Assembly: GCA_902617025.1 (NCBI GenBank)
Contig: CACMVB010000005.1
Span: 328 to 64,327, forward strand
Source of the DNA: an uncultured Pelagibacteraceae bacterium
Lineage (GTDB): Bacteria; Pseudomonadota; Alphaproteobacteria; Pelagibacterales; Pelagibacteraceae
Length of the DNA: 64,000 bases
Direction: 5' to 3'
Under the pieces are notes generated by a model. It searched no databases. It saw nothing but the letters and a program-made list of their open reading frames with translations, and was not told the origin of the DNA. Shown here in pieces: positions 1 to 9,902 of the stretch (the stretch's first letter is position 1; each line of letters opens with the position of its first letter). The position numbers and the translations under genes were made by a program.

Positions 1-246
1 CTTAATCCTTTGGCAATGAAAGCATATGAGGAGTACTATAAACTTGCCACTGAAAATCAAATGACAATGGCTCAACTAGCACAGGCGTTCGTTAACACAA
101 GGCCTTTTGTTACAAGCAATATAATAGGCGCTACTACAATGAGTCAATTAAAAGAAAATATAGATACTGTTGACATTGAATTGTCAGATGAAATTTTGAA
201 TAAAATTAATATTATCCATAATAATAATCCAAATCCATCTCCTTAA
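1..246 (+). CDS. Aldo/keto reductase, C-terminal fragment (5' end outside window)
   Basis: Frame 1 is open from the window edge. The tail ...QLAQAFVNTRPFVTSNIIGATTMSQLKENI... resembles the C-terminus of Tas/YghZ-type aldo/keto reductases. Stop TAA at 244-246. Confidence 0.6.
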   Translation, partial: LNPLAMKAYEEYYKLATENQMTMAQLAQAFVNTRPFVTSNIIGATTMSQLKENIDTVDIELSDEILNKINIIHNNNPNPSP

Positions 247-289
247 TACAAAGCATTGAAATAGATAATTTTTAGTATAAAAACAAAAT

Positions 290-790
290 ATGCTTGTTAA
301 AAAATTTTTTATATTTTTAATCCTATTTCTATTTTCTGTGAATACTTTTGCTGTTACGCCAAGATCAACCGGAAAATATAAAAACTGGGAAAGCTTTGTA
401 GCGGAAACTGATAAAGGAAAAATTTGCTTTGCCCAAACTATTCCGACAAAAAGAGCGCCAGCTGCAGTGAAAAGAAATAAATCAAAGTTATTTGTAACTT
501 TTAGGCCTTCTGAAGAAATCAAAGACGAAGTAAGTTTAACAAGTGGTCACGATTATAAGACATCAAGTGTAACTGCTAGCTCTGGAAAAAGAAGATATTC
601 TTTTTTTTCACAAAAAGATTTTGCTTGGTTGTTAGATGATCAGGAAGAGAAAAAATTTATTCAGTTAATGAAAAGGGCAACTGACATAATTGTAAAGGCA
701 AGAACCACAAAAGGAGCTGAGACCACTGATCACTATTCTATGATGGGATTTACAAAGGCTTATAACACAGCAAAAAAAGCTTGCAGCTAA
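290..790 (+). CDS. Secreted protein, invasion-associated locus B (IalB)-like
   Basis: 166-aa ORF with a clear signal peptide (MLVKKFFIFLILFLFSVNTFA). Its size, the W..F......CFAQT segment and the C-terminal Cys resemble alphaproteobacterial IalB-family periplasmic proteins. Family call is by recall only. Confidence 0.45.
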   Translation: MLVKKFFIFLILFLFSVNTFAVTPRSTGKYKNWESFVAETDKGKICFAQTIPTKRAPAAVKRNKSKLFVTFRPSEEIKDEVSLTSGHDYKTSSVTASSGKRRYSFFSQKDFAWLLDDQEEKKFIQLMKRATDIIVKARTTKGAETTDHYSMMGFTKAYNTAKKACS

Positions 791-1975
791 ATGAAAAAAA
801 TTGTTTTAGCCTACTCCGGGGGTCTAGATACATCTGTAATTTTAAGATGGTTACAAGAAAACTATAAAGCCGAGATAATAGCTTACACCTCTGACATTGG
901 ACAAGCTTTAGATAAAAAAAAAATTATTAAAAATGCTAAGAGATTAGGCGTTAAAAAAATAATTATTGAAAATCTAAAAAATGTCTTTGTGAAAGATTAT
1001 GTTTTTCCCATGATCAGAGCTCATGCAGTTTATGAAGGAGTGTATTTATTAGGCACATCTATTGCTAGGCCATTAATTGCAAAAAGACAGGTTGAAATTG
1101 CAAAAAAATTTAAAGCTTTTGCAGTTTCTCATGGCGCAACTGGAAAAGGCAACGATCAAGTAAGATTTGAGCTTGGTTACGCATATTTTGGAAAAAATAA
1201 AATTAAAACTATAGCGCCGTGGAGAGAATGGGAATTACAGTCAAGAGCAGATTTAATTAGATATGCTAAAAAGAATAGTATACCAATTCCTAAAGATAAA
1301 AAAGGTGCACCACCATTTTCTGTAGATGATAATATTTTTCATACCTCAACAGAGGGCAAAGTTTTAGAAGACCCAAAAAACTCTGCTCCCGAATTTATTT
1401 ATCAAAGAACAGTTTCACCACAGAAAGCTCCAAACAGACCTACAAAGGTAAAAATTACCTTTAAAAACAGTGACCCGATTTCAGTAAATGGAAAAAAATT
1501 AAGTCCAGAAAAGCTTTTAAATAAATTAAATATTCTAGCTGGAAAAAATGGAGTAGGAAGAGTAGATCTAGTTGAGAATAGATTTATTGGAATTAAATCA
1601 AGAGGTGTTTATGAAACTCCTGGTGGTACTTTGTTGTATGCTGCACATAGAGCTATAGAGTCTGTAACTCTTGATAAAGAAACTGCTCATAAAAAAGAGA
1701 GAATAATGCCAGAGTATGCTGAACTAGTTTATAACGGTTACTGGTTTTCTAAAAAAAGATTAAAATTACAAAAATTAATTGATAAAAAAAGAGGTAAAGT
1801 ATCTGGTGATATTATTTTAAGTTTATGCAAGGGGAACATAACTATTCTGTCAAGAAGAACAAAAAATAAAGCTTACTCAATGAAAAAAGTTTCTTTTGAA
1901 GAGAATAAAACTTTTAACAAAAAAAAGGTTGAAAACTTCATAAAATTTCACTCTAAACAGTTAAACAAAGCATAA
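791..1975 (+). CDS. argG: Argininosuccinate synthase
   Basis: N-terminal AYSGGLDTS ATP-pyrophosphatase motif, SHGATGKGNDQVRFE, and typical length (394 aa). ATG follows directly after the previous stop. Confidence 0.95.
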   Translation: MKKIVLAYSGGLDTSVILRWLQENYKAEIIAYTSDIGQALDKKKIIKNAKRLGVKKIIIENLKNVFVKDYVFPMIRAHAVYEGVYLLGTSIARPLIAKRQVEIAKKFKAFAVSHGATGKGNDQVRFELGYAYFGKNKIKTIAPWREWELQSRADLIRYAKKNSIPIPKDKKGAPPFSVDDNIFHTSTEGKVLEDPKNSAPEFIYQRTVSPQKAPNRPTKVKITFKNSDPISVNGKKLSPEKLLNKLNILAGKNGVGRVDLVENRFIGIKSRGVYETPGGTLLYAAHRAIESVTLDKETAHKKERIMPEYAELVYNGYWFSKKRLKLQKLIDKKRGKVSGDIILSLCKGNITILSRRTKNKAYSMKKVSFEENKTFNKKKVENFIKFHSKQLNKA

Positions 1976-1997
1976 ATTTTTGATAGATTAATTACTA

Positions 1998-2384
1998 ATG
2001 AACAGTTCGATTCGAAATATTCAACTAGTTGCGGTGATAGTTGTTCTTGTATCAACTATTATTGCTTTCTTTTTAGAGATGAAAGAAATGTACGAAAACA
2101 AAGATATTACATTAGCTGATTTACTTTTAATGTTCATTTATATTGAGGTAATTGGTTTAGTTAGATCGTATTGGGAAACTCAATCCGTAAGAATAACATA
2201 CCCTTTAATCATAGCTATTACAGCGCTAGCTCGATTCATAATATTACAAGATAAAGAGAGTGACCCTGCAAACTTAATTTATATTTCTTTAGCTATTTTA
2301 ATAGTTGCGATTGCTACTGTTATTATAAGATTTAGAAATAGTAAGTACTTAAAAATTGAAAAGTCTAGGTCAAGCGAGCTTTAA
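1998..2384 (+). CDS. PsiE-family (phosphate-starvation-inducible E-like) inner membrane protein
   Basis: 128 aa with four hydrophobic helices. The segment LLMFIYIEVIGLVRSYW....ITYPLIIAITALARFIIL parallels the E. coli PsiE core (YFLYFEFIALIVKYF...YIGITAIVRLIIV) as I recall it. Confidence 0.55.
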   Translation: MNSSIRNIQLVAVIVVLVSTIIAFFLEMKEMYENKDITLADLLLMFIYIEVIGLVRSYWETQSVRITYPLIIAITALARFIILQDKESDPANLIYISLAILIVAIATVIIRFRNSKYLKIEKSRSSEL

Positions 2385-3207
2385 AACACGTTAAAGTATT
2401 CTTTAATAAACATGCAATTGTCATTGGTCCTACACCTCCAGGAACAGGAGTTATTGCTTTAACATTATCTTTTAATTCATCAAAGTTTACATCTCCAACT
2501 ATTTTTTCTCCCACTTTATTTATGCCAACATCTATAACGATTGCATTTTTTTTTACCCAATCTTTTTTGATCAAATTAGGAACTCCTACAGCTGCTACCA
2601 AAATATCTGCTTTGAGGCACTCATTTTGTAAATTATTTGTTTTTGAGTGAACTATAGTTACTGTGCAATTTTCCTTTAATAATAATTGAGCCATTGGTTT
2701 ACCATTTAAATTAGATCTTCCTATTATAACAGCATGTTTGCCTGCTAAATTTGATTCTATTTTTTTAATTAATAAAAGACATCCCAAAGGTGTACAAGGA
2801 ACGATTGAGTCATAACCCGATGAAAGATTGCCAACATTTACTGGATTAAAACCGTCTACATCTTTGGATGGATTAATTGTATTAATAATTTTATTTTTGC
2901 TAATTTGGCTTGGCAAAGGAAGCTGAACTAAGATACCAGAAATTTTATCGTTTTTATTCAATTCTTCAATTTTTTCTAAAATATCTTTTTCACTCACATT
3001 TTTTGGATATTTAATTATTTCAGAGTTAATGCCAACTTCTCTAGCACTTTTTTCTTTATTCTTTACGTAAATTAAACTTGGCGCAAAATCTCCAATCAAG
3101 ATAACTGCCAGACCGGGTGTCTTACCCTTCTTTTTTTTTAAGTCTGAAATTTCTTTTTTAATTTCATTTCTAATAATCTCTGCTTGTTTTTTTCCATCAA
3201 TAATCAT
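2365..3207 (-). CDS. folD: Bifunctional 5,10-methylene-tetrahydrofolate dehydrogenase/cyclohydrolase
   Basis: MIIDGK..A, ILVQLPLP, VDGF.P.N.G, GRS..VG.P and PVPGGVGPMT motifs across 280 aa. Confidence 0.93.
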   Translation of the reverse strand: MIIDGKKQAEIIRNEIKKEISDLKKKKGKTPGLAVILIGDFAPSLIYVKNKEKSAREVGINSEIIKYPKNVSEKDILEKIEELNKNDKISGILVQLPLPSQISKNKIINTINPSKDVDGFNPVNVGNLSSGYDSIVPCTPLGCLLLIKKIESNLAGKHAVIIGRSNLNGKPMAQLLLKENCTVTIVHSKTNNLQNECLKADILVAAVGVPNLIKKDWVKKNAIVIDVGINKVGEKIVGDVNFDELKDNVKAITPVPGGVGPMTIACLLKNTLTCFKARLT

Positions 3208-3500
3208 CTTAAAAATAATCCTGGTGCAAACATTTCAAAAACTAAATTCCTAAAAAACATCAATCCTAAGATCAATATCACTGGAGAGATATCTATAGAC
3301 CCTAAGCTGGGTAAAAATCTTCTGATAAAATTTAAAGGTGGAGCTGTAAGTTTGTAAGAAACATCTAAAACAGAATATACAAACCTATTACTTGTGTTTA
3401 AAACATTAAAAGCAACCAGCCAACTAAATATTACGTGAATAATTAATATCCAAATATAAAGGCTAACTATATTGTCGAATAGAATTAATATAGACTTCAT
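3204..3500 (-). CDS. YggT-family membrane protein
   Basis: 98 aa with hydrophobic helices. Shows the YggT signature ...SW......N.......L....T.P.L..IRR.LP..G.IDISP. Confidence 0.7.
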   Translation of the reverse strand: MKSILILFDNIVSLYIWILIIHVIFSWLVAFNVLNTSNRFVYSVLDVSYKLTAPPLNFIRRFLPSLGSIDISPVILILGLMFFRNLVFEMFAPGLFLR

Positions 3501-4591
3501 TAATTTTTCTCCACATAAACTGATGTACTTGGAAAAGCAAAAGACGCATTATTTTTTTCTACTATATTTTTTATTTCAAGGGCTAAAAGATCTTTTACCT
3601 TCATCCACTCTAAGTATTTTGCGGTTTTAGTAAAACATATTAGTTTGATATCTATTGAACTTGCAGCAAATTGATCGATTTTCACTGATAGCATTGTATT
3701 TTCTGATTTTGAAAATAATTCACTATTTTTTATATAATTTTCTATCTGTTGTTTGATATCAATTAATTGTTTACTTGTTGTTCTATACTCTAGGCCTATA
3801 ATCCAATTAATCCTCCTATTGGTAATTAAAGAATTATTTATTACTGCTTTTTCTGCAAACTGAAAATTAGGGATTGTTGCAAGAGATTTGTCAAATCTTC
3901 TAACAACTGTAGATCTAAAACCTATTGACTCAACTGTGCCTTCAATAACATCTTCAACATATATCCAATCTCCAACTTTAAATCTTTTCTCGACTAAAAC
4001 TAATATACCTGAAATTAAATTTTTAAATAAATCTTGTGCTCCGAGTGCAACGGCAACACCAAATAGTCCTAGCCCGGCTATGATTGGTCCAATTTTAATT
4101 CCCCAAAGTTCTAAAACAGCCGCTAATCCTAGAATTATTATTAAGACCTTTAGAGCTTTGATAATCCAATTAACTAGATCCCTTGAAAGTAAATCACTGA
4201 CTGATTTTATAACAGTTGAAAAGGGTCCAATGATTTGGTGAAAGGTCCAGAATATAAGAATTGTAATTAAAGAACGATTAATAGTTTCTAAAAAATCTGC
4301 AGCTTGAGTTTCAATAGTTAGATAACTTGTAGCTACAAAAAAACCTAACACAATCGGAAAAAACTTAGCTGGTCCTTCCATGGACTTTACAAGGGTATTA
4401 TCAAAGTTATTTGAGGTTTTTGATACGTAATTCTCTAATCTTTTAATAACGAATTTTGAAAAAATTCCTCTTAATAAAAGAAAAAATAAAAAAATTGTTA
4501 AAGCAATAATAATTTCGGAAATATTAACTCCTGAAATACCTTTATTCCAAACATCTAAAAATAATATCTTAAAATTTTGCAATACTTCCAT
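3500..4591 (-). CDS. Small-conductance mechanosensitive channel (MscS family)
   Basis: N-terminal TM helices followed by GAQDLFKNLISGILVLVEKRFKVGDWI..........G.VESIGFRST, typical of the MscS pore helix and beta domain. Confidence 0.85.
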   Translation of the reverse strand: MEVLQNFKILFLDVWNKGISGVNISEIIIALTIFLFFLLLRGIFSKFVIKRLENYVSKTSNNFDNTLVKSMEGPAKFFPIVLGFFVATSYLTIETQAADFLETINRSLITILIFWTFHQIIGPFSTVIKSVSDLLSRDLVNWIIKALKVLIIILGLAAVLELWGIKIGPIIAGLGLFGVAVALGAQDLFKNLISGILVLVEKRFKVGDWIYVEDVIEGTVESIGFRSTVVRRFDKSLATIPNFQFAEKAVINNSLITNRRINWIIGLEYRTTSKQLIDIKQQIENYIKNSELFSKSENTMLSVKIDQFAASSIDIKLICFTKTAKYLEWMKVKDLLALEIKNIVEKNNASFAFPSTSVYVEKN

Positions 4592-5290
4592 CTAATTCCC
4601 AATTTTTATAAGTTCATCTCCAGCTTCGAAGGTTTCTAAATTTTTCCATCCAGCTTTTTTGAAAACATTTATAACTTTTTCACTTATACACATAACTCTT
4701 GAGCCTGTCATCAGTCCATTGAGTGAGTACTTTTTTGCTAAATCAATAAAGCTTTCTGCGCTCCTTTTTGAGTAAATAAAAATTATGTCAGGAGGATGAT
4801 CGTTGATTAAATTATTAGTATCTTCATTTAATTCTTTAATTTTTTCTGAAGTATAATTGATAATTTTATCTATTTGAAAACCTTCCTTTTGTAGCTCTAA
4901 ATCCAAGTCTGATGTAATATTATCCCCACATATATACGCTAAGATTTTTTTTTTATCTAATTCACCTGAGTTAACAATAATATTCTTCAATGCATTTATA
5001 GTTCCTCCAGCTGAAATAGTATTATTATAACCTTGCTGCCTTACAATTTTTTCTGTAATTGCTCCAACACAGAAACAAAGTTTATTTCTATCTGGTTTTA
5101 ATAGTTTCAGACTCCTTATTGCATTAGCGCTTGTAAATATAAAAGCGTTGTATTTCTCAGGATCAATAGGATCAAGTTCTGCTTTAGAAATCTTTAAAGT
5201 GGGCACATGAATAATTTTATGACCTAAAGAAAATAATTTACCCATTAAATCTTCTGAGTCTATTAAAGGTCTTGTAATTATAATATTCAT
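4592..5290 (-). CDS. hemD: Uroporphyrinogen-III synthase
   Basis: 232 aa HEM4-like two-domain protein (ITRP....., FTSANA). It lies immediately downstream of, and start/stop-overlapped with, hemC. Confidence 0.75.
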   Translation of the reverse strand: MNIIITRPLIDSEDLMGKLFSLGHKIIHVPTLKISKAELDPIDPEKYNAFIFTSANAIRSLKLLKPDRNKLCFCVGAITEKIVRQQGYNNTISAGGTINALKNIIVNSGELDKKKILAYICGDNITSDLDLELQKEGFQIDKIINYTSEKIKELNEDTNNLINDHPPDIIFIYSKRSAESFIDLAKKYSLNGLMTGSRVMCISEKVINVFKKAGWKNLETFEAGDELIKIGN

Positions 5291-6204
5291 TTTTTTTTAA
5301 ACTTTTCTCCAGCGAGATCTAATAATTTTTCCCCAACACTTTTTCCAATAAAAGAAGCGTCAACCTCTCTTCCAGTAAGCTCGTATTCAAAACTCTCTTG
5401 ACCGCTATCTGAAAAAAGCTGAGCTTTAAGTTTTAAATTATGGTTTTTAATTTCAGCTAACCCACCTATTGCGGTATCGCAATCACCTCCGATAGTTTGA
5501 AGCATTTTTCTTTCAGCTATTGCGCAAAGACTAGTTGCATTATCATTAATTCTTTTTATTAAATTTTTAATTTCATCTTCCTTTCTACATTGAACAGCAA
5601 TTATTCCTTGCCCTACTGCTGGTAAAATATGTTCACAATTAAATGTTAAGCTAATTTTTTTATCAAGTTTGAGTGATTTGACTCCGGCAGCTGCAAGAAT
5701 GACTCCATCTAGTTTGTTCACATTAATTTTATTAATTCTAGTATCAATATTTCCCCGAATATTGATTACAGAAATATTTTTATTTATTTTTTTTAATTGA
5801 AGCTCTCTCCTTTTTGAACTTGAGCCGATTTTTACGCCATTTCTTAAATCAGAAATATTTTTAATTTTTTCACTGATTATTACATCTCGGTAATCGTTTC
5901 TTTTTAAATATGCTCCTATCAGTAGACTCCCGTTTTCATTAGCCTCCATGTCTTTTAGAGAATGTACAGCAATATCTATTTCTTTTTTTAATAAGCTTTC
6001 TTCAATTTCTTTACAAAATAAATTTTTTCCTCCTATTTCTGAGATGTTCTTATTTAAATTTAAATCACCTGATGTCTTTATAGCTTTAAAACTAATATTT
6101 TCCTCTTTGAGATCATTATTGTTTTTCAGTAATAGTTCTTTAACTTTAGCTACATAGGCTAATGAAAGTTTGCTGCCTCGAGCTCCAATTGTAATTTTTG
6201 TCAT
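5287..6204 (-). CDS. hemC: Hydroxymethylbilane synthase (porphobilinogen deaminase)
   Basis: IGARGSKLSL, HSLKD, RGN..TR, ILAAAG and the cofactor-binding GGDC motif. Confidence 0.93.
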   Translation of the reverse strand: MTKITIGARGSKLSLAYVAKVKELLLKNNNDLKEENISFKAIKTSGDLNLNKNISEIGGKNLFCKEIEESLLKKEIDIAVHSLKDMEANENGSLLIGAYLKRNDYRDVIISEKIKNISDLRNGVKIGSSSKRRELQLKKINKNISVINIRGNIDTRINKINVNKLDGVILAAAGVKSLKLDKKISLTFNCEHILPAVGQGIIAVQCRKEDEIKNLIKRINDNATSLCAIAERKMLQTIGGDCDTAIGGLAEIKNHNLKLKAQLFSDSGQESFEYELTGREVDASFIGKSVGEKLLDLAGEKFKKK

Positions 6205-6259
6205 TAATTGATTATATATTTGATAGAAGTATTTTATACTATTTAAATTTTTTAAAGAG

Positions 6260-7336
6260 ATGACAAAAAAGATTACATTTTTAGGAATTGAAACCAGCTG
6301 TGATGAAACTGCTGCATCTGTAATTAGGGAAAATGATAAGGGTACCGCAGACGTTTTATCAAATATAGTTTCAAGTCAGATTTCAGAGCATAAAAAATTT
6401 GGAGGAGTTGTACCTGAATTGGCCGCCAGAGCGCATATAGAAAATATTGAATATATAATCAAAGCTGCTTTAGAGGAGAGTCAAGTTTCTTTAAATGAGA
6501 TAGATGGCATTGCAGCTACTGCGGGTCCAGGTTTAATTGTATGTTTAACAGTTGGTCTTAACATAGGGAAATCAATTGCTACATTTGCAAATAAACCATT
6601 CGTTGCAGTTAATCACTTAGAAGGTCATGCATTAAGTCCAGGAATAGAAAATAATATTCAATTCCCTTATTTACTTTTATTAATTTCTGGAGGTCACTCT
6701 CAATTTTTAATTGTGAAAGATGTAAATGAATATGAACAATTAGGTACCACAATCGATGATGCTTTAGGTGAAGCTTTTGATAAAACTGCAAAAATGCTTG
6801 ACTTAGGTTATCCAGGTGGGCCGAGTGTTGAAAAAGCTTCAAAACTGGGAGATAAAAATTTTTTCGCGCTTCCTGAACCAATAATAAATAAAGCAGGATG
6901 TAATTTATCATTTGCTGGTCTTAAAACTGCAGTTTTAAGAGAGTCAAAAAAAATAAATGGAAACGATAAATTAAAATTTAATCTTGCAGCATCTTTTCAA
7001 AATACCATAAATAAAATTCTTTATAAAAAAACAAAGATTGCAATCGAAATGTTTAAAAAAAAAATTAATACCTCAAATATTAATTTAGTTGTAGCTGGAG
7101 GTGTGGCTGCTAATATTTCGATAAGAGAAAATTTAAAAAAACTTTCAAGAGAAATAGGATTTAAAACTGTTTACCCTGATTTAAAATTTTGTGGTGATAA
7201 TGCTGCTATGATTGCCTGGGCAGGTATAAAAAGATTTAAAAAAAATTTATTAAATAGTATAGATGTACAAGCTAAATCTAGATGGCCTTTGGATGAAAAT
7301 GCTCCCTACATGAAGGGTCCAGGTTTAAAGTTATAA
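6260..7336 (+). CDS. tsaD: tRNA N6-adenosine threonylcarbamoyltransferase
   Basis: LGIETSCDETA, GPG....L.VG, VNHLEGH and GD.AAMIAWAG motifs of Kae1/Gcp/TsaD. Confidence 0.93.
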   Translation: MTKKITFLGIETSCDETAASVIRENDKGTADVLSNIVSSQISEHKKFGGVVPELAARAHIENIEYIIKAALEESQVSLNEIDGIAATAGPGLIVCLTVGLNIGKSIATFANKPFVAVNHLEGHALSPGIENNIQFPYLLLLISGGHSQFLIVKDVNEYEQLGTTIDDALGEAFDKTAKMLDLGYPGGPSVEKASKLGDKNFFALPEPIINKAGCNLSFAGLKTAVLRESKKINGNDKLKFNLAASFQNTINKILYKKTKIAIEMFKKKINTSNINLVVAGGVAANISIRENLKKLSREIGFKTVYPDLKFCGDNAAMIAWAGIKRFKKNLLNSIDVQAKSRWPLDENAPYMKGPGLKL

Positions 7337-7749
7337 TGAAATATTGGTTACTTAAGTCTGAGCCTGATGTTTGGTCAATTGAGCAACAAATAAAAGCTGG
7401 CATAAAAGGTGCTGCCTGGGATGGAGTTAGAAATTACCAAGCTGCAAACAATTTGAGAAAAATGAAAAATGGTGATTTATGTTTTTTTTACCATTCAAAT
7501 ATTGGAAAAGAAATAGTTGGTATAGTTAAAGTAATTAAATCAGCATTTATCGATAAAACTGATAAGAAAAAGAGGTTTGTAGCCGTTCAAGTTAGGTTTG
7601 TAAGTAAATTTAAAAGGGCAATTTCTTTAGAAAAAATTAAAAAAAACACGAAAATTTCTCATTTACCGTTGATAAAACAAAGCAGGTTGTCAGTAATGCC
7701 AATAGATTATAAAAGCTGGAAAATTATTTGTAACATGGGTAAAGTATAA
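7336..7749 (+). CDS. EVE (PUA-like) domain protein
   Basis: [14 protein letters not shown]...W.GVRNYQA.N.LR.M..GD..FFYHS is the hallmark N-terminus of EVE/Thy28-like domains. The start overlaps the tsaD stop (TAATG). Confidence 0.7.
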   Translation: MKYWLLKSEPDVWSIEQQIKAGIKGAAWDGVRNYQAANNLRKMKNGDLCFFYHSNIGKEIVGIVKVIKSAFIDKTDKKKRFVAVQVRFVSKFKRAISLEKIKKNTKISHLPLIKQSRLSVMPIDYKSWKIICNMGKV

Positions 7750-7766
7750 AAAATTTAGGGGTATTT

Positions 7767-9902
7767 GTGGCTAAAAAGAAAAAAAAGAAAAAATCAAAAG
7801 CAAAAAAGTCTAGGAAAAAATCTAGAAATGTAAAAAAGTCTAGAAAAATTAGCAAGCCTAAAAAGAAAACTAGAAAATCTAGAAAAAGAAAAAAATTCAA
7901 AAAAAAAGCTAGAAAAGCAAAAAGAATTAATTTTAAAGCTCCCACGTATTCAAAAGATAGTGATGGTAACTCAGTTATAAAAGTCTCAGATAGTTGGGCA
8001 AATCATGCCTACGTGAACGACTCTAAATATAAAAAGAAATATAAGATGTCTATTAAAGAAAATGATAAATTTTGGGCTAAAGAAGGAAAAAGAATTACTT
8101 GGATGAAAAAGTATACAAAAATTAAAGATGTAAAATACAGCAAAGACGAAGTTAAAATAAAATGGTATTATGATGGAACTTTAAATGCTTCAGTAAATTG
8201 TATAGATAGACATTTAAAAAAAAATCCGAGTAAAACAGCTATTATTTGGGTTGGCGATGATCCAGCCGATACTAAGAAAATTTCTTACAAAGAATTACAC
8301 CAAAACGTTTGTAAAGCTGCAAACGGTTTAAAAAGTTTAGGCATACAAAAGGGCGATAGAGTTACAATTTATCTGACGATGATCCCTGAATTAGCTTACA
8401 TTATGTTGGCTTGTGCTAGAATAGGTGCTGTTCACTCAATTATTTTTGGCGGTTTTTCACCTGACTCGATAGCTACAAGGATTACTGATTGCGAATCTGA
8501 ATATTTGATAACAGCAGATGAAGGAGTTAGAGGTGGAAAAATAATTCCATTAAAAAAAATTGCCGATGAGGCATTAGATCAATGTCCTGGAGTAAAAAAA
8601 TGTGTTGTTGTTGAAAGAACTGGCAATCAAGTTGATTGGAATAATGAAAGAGATGTTTCTTACAAACAGCTAATCTCATCTGTTCCATCAAAATGTGATC
8701 CGGAAGAGATGAGCGCAGAAGACCCGCTATTCATTTTATATACTTCTGGTTCTACTGGAAAACCTAAGGGTGTTCTACACACTACTGGTGGATACATGGT
8801 TTATGCTTCAATGACCCATCAGTATATTTTTGACTATAAAGCCAATGATATTTATTGGTGCACAGCTGACATAGGTTGGGTAACAGGTCATAGTTATATT
8901 ATTTACGGGCCTCTTTCTAATGGAGCAACAACCATTATGTTTGAAGGAGTCCCAAATTATCCGGATAGCTCTAGATGGTGGCAAATAGTAGATAAATATA
9001 AAGTGAATATTTTTTATACTGCTCCAACAGCAATAAGAGCTTTGATGCGAGAGGGAGACAAACCTGTAAAAAAAACAAGTAGAAAAACGCTTAAGTTATT
9101 AGGGACTGTTGGAGAACCAATAAATCCAGAGGCTTGGATGTGGTATTATAAAACAGTAGGGGACTCTAGATGTCCAATTGTTGATACTTGGTGGCAAACA
9201 GAAACAGGAGGAATTCTAATTGCACCTCAGCCTGGGGCCATAGATTTAAAACCTGGATCAGCTACTAAGCCGTTTTACGGAATAAAACCAGTTTTAGTTG
9301 ATAAAGATGGTAAAACTATAAAGGGAGAAGGTAAAGGAAGACTTTGTATGGCCACTTCTTGGCCAGGACAAATGCGAACAGTTTATGGAGATCATCAAAG
9401 ATTTATAGATACTTATTTTTCTCAATTTGATGGAAAATATTTTACTGGAGACGGATGCAGAAGGGATAAAGATGGATATTATTGGATTACAGGAAGAGTT
9501 GATGATGTAATTATTGTATCAGGCCATAACCTTGGAACAGCTGAGATAGAAAGTGCTTTTGTTGCTCATCCAAAGGTAGCTGAAGCAGCTGTTGTTGGTT
9601 TTCCACATAGTATTAAAGGTAATGGTTTATATTGCTATGTTACTTTAAATGCTGGTGAAAACCCTACTGGAGATTTAGAAAGAGATTTAAAACTTTGGGT
9701 AAGAAAGCAAATTGGTCCAATCGCTACCCCTGATGTCATTCAATTTGCACCTGGTTTACCAAAAACGAGATCTGGAAAAATTATGAGAAGAATTTTAAGG
9801 AAAATTGCTGCTAATGAGCCTGATAATTTAGGCGATACTACAACTTTAGCGGATCCTAGTGTGGTAACGTCTCTTGTGGAGAATAGACAAAATAAAGGTT
9901 AA
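7767..9902 (+). CDS. acs: Acetyl-CoA synthetase with polybasic N-terminal extension
   Basis: Core motifs [19 protein letters not shown] and [11 protein letters not shown]. The frame is open from GTG 7767, preceded by AGGGG (7757-7761, 5-nt spacer). The first in-frame ATG (8046) is already inside the conserved N-terminal region, so the Lys/Arg-rich residues 2-58 are most likely translated. Confidence 0.9.
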   Translation: MAKKKKKKKSKAKKSRKKSRNVKKSRKISKPKKKTRKSRKRKKFKKKARKAKRINFKAPTYSKDSDGNSVIKVSDSWANHAYVNDSKYKKKYKMSIKENDKFWAKEGKRITWMKKYTKIKDVKYSKDEVKIKWYYDGTLNASVNCIDRHLKKNPSKTAIIWVGDDPADTKKISYKELHQNVCKAANGLKSLGIQKGDRVTIYLTMIPELAYIMLACARIGAVHSIIFGGFSPDSIATRITDCESEYLITADEGVRGGKIIPLKKIADEALDQCPGVKKCVVVERTGNQVDWNNERDVSYKQLISSVPSKCDPEEMSAEDPLFILYTSGSTGKPKGVLHTTGGYMVYASMTHQYIFDYKANDIYWCTADIGWVTGHSYIIYGPLSNGATTIMFEGVPNYPDSSRWWQIVDKYKVNIFYTAPTAIRALMREGDKPVKKTSRKTLKLLGTVGEPINPEAWMWYYKTVGDSRCPIVDTWWQTETGGILIAPQPGAIDLKPGSATKPFYGIKPVLVDKDGKTIKGEGKGRLCMATSWPGQMRTVYGDHQRFIDTYFSQFDGKYFTGDGCRRDKDGYYWITGRVDDVIIVSGHNLGTAEIESAFVAHPKVAEAAVVGFPHSIKGNGLYCYVTLNAGENPTGDLERDLKLWVRKQIGPIATPDVIQFAPGLPKTRSGKIMRRILRKIAANEPDNLGDTTTLADPSVVTSLVENRQNKG

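Noticed and set aside
7800-7925. Repeated CTAGAAAA / AAAAAGTCTAG DNA motif (6 or more copies) as a regulatory repeat array or CRISPR-like element
   Set aside because: The copies are irregularly spaced, in frame, and correspond to repeated SRK/KSRK peptide units of the acs extension. They are not separated by unique spacers.
7724-7945. 73-aa minus-strand ORF rich in Phe/Leu opposite the start of acs
   Set aside because: It is the mirror image of the AAA/AAG lysine run (TTT/CTT on the other strand). It has no RBS, overlaps the end of the EVE gene, and its low-complexity composition is fully explained by the plus-strand coding sequence.
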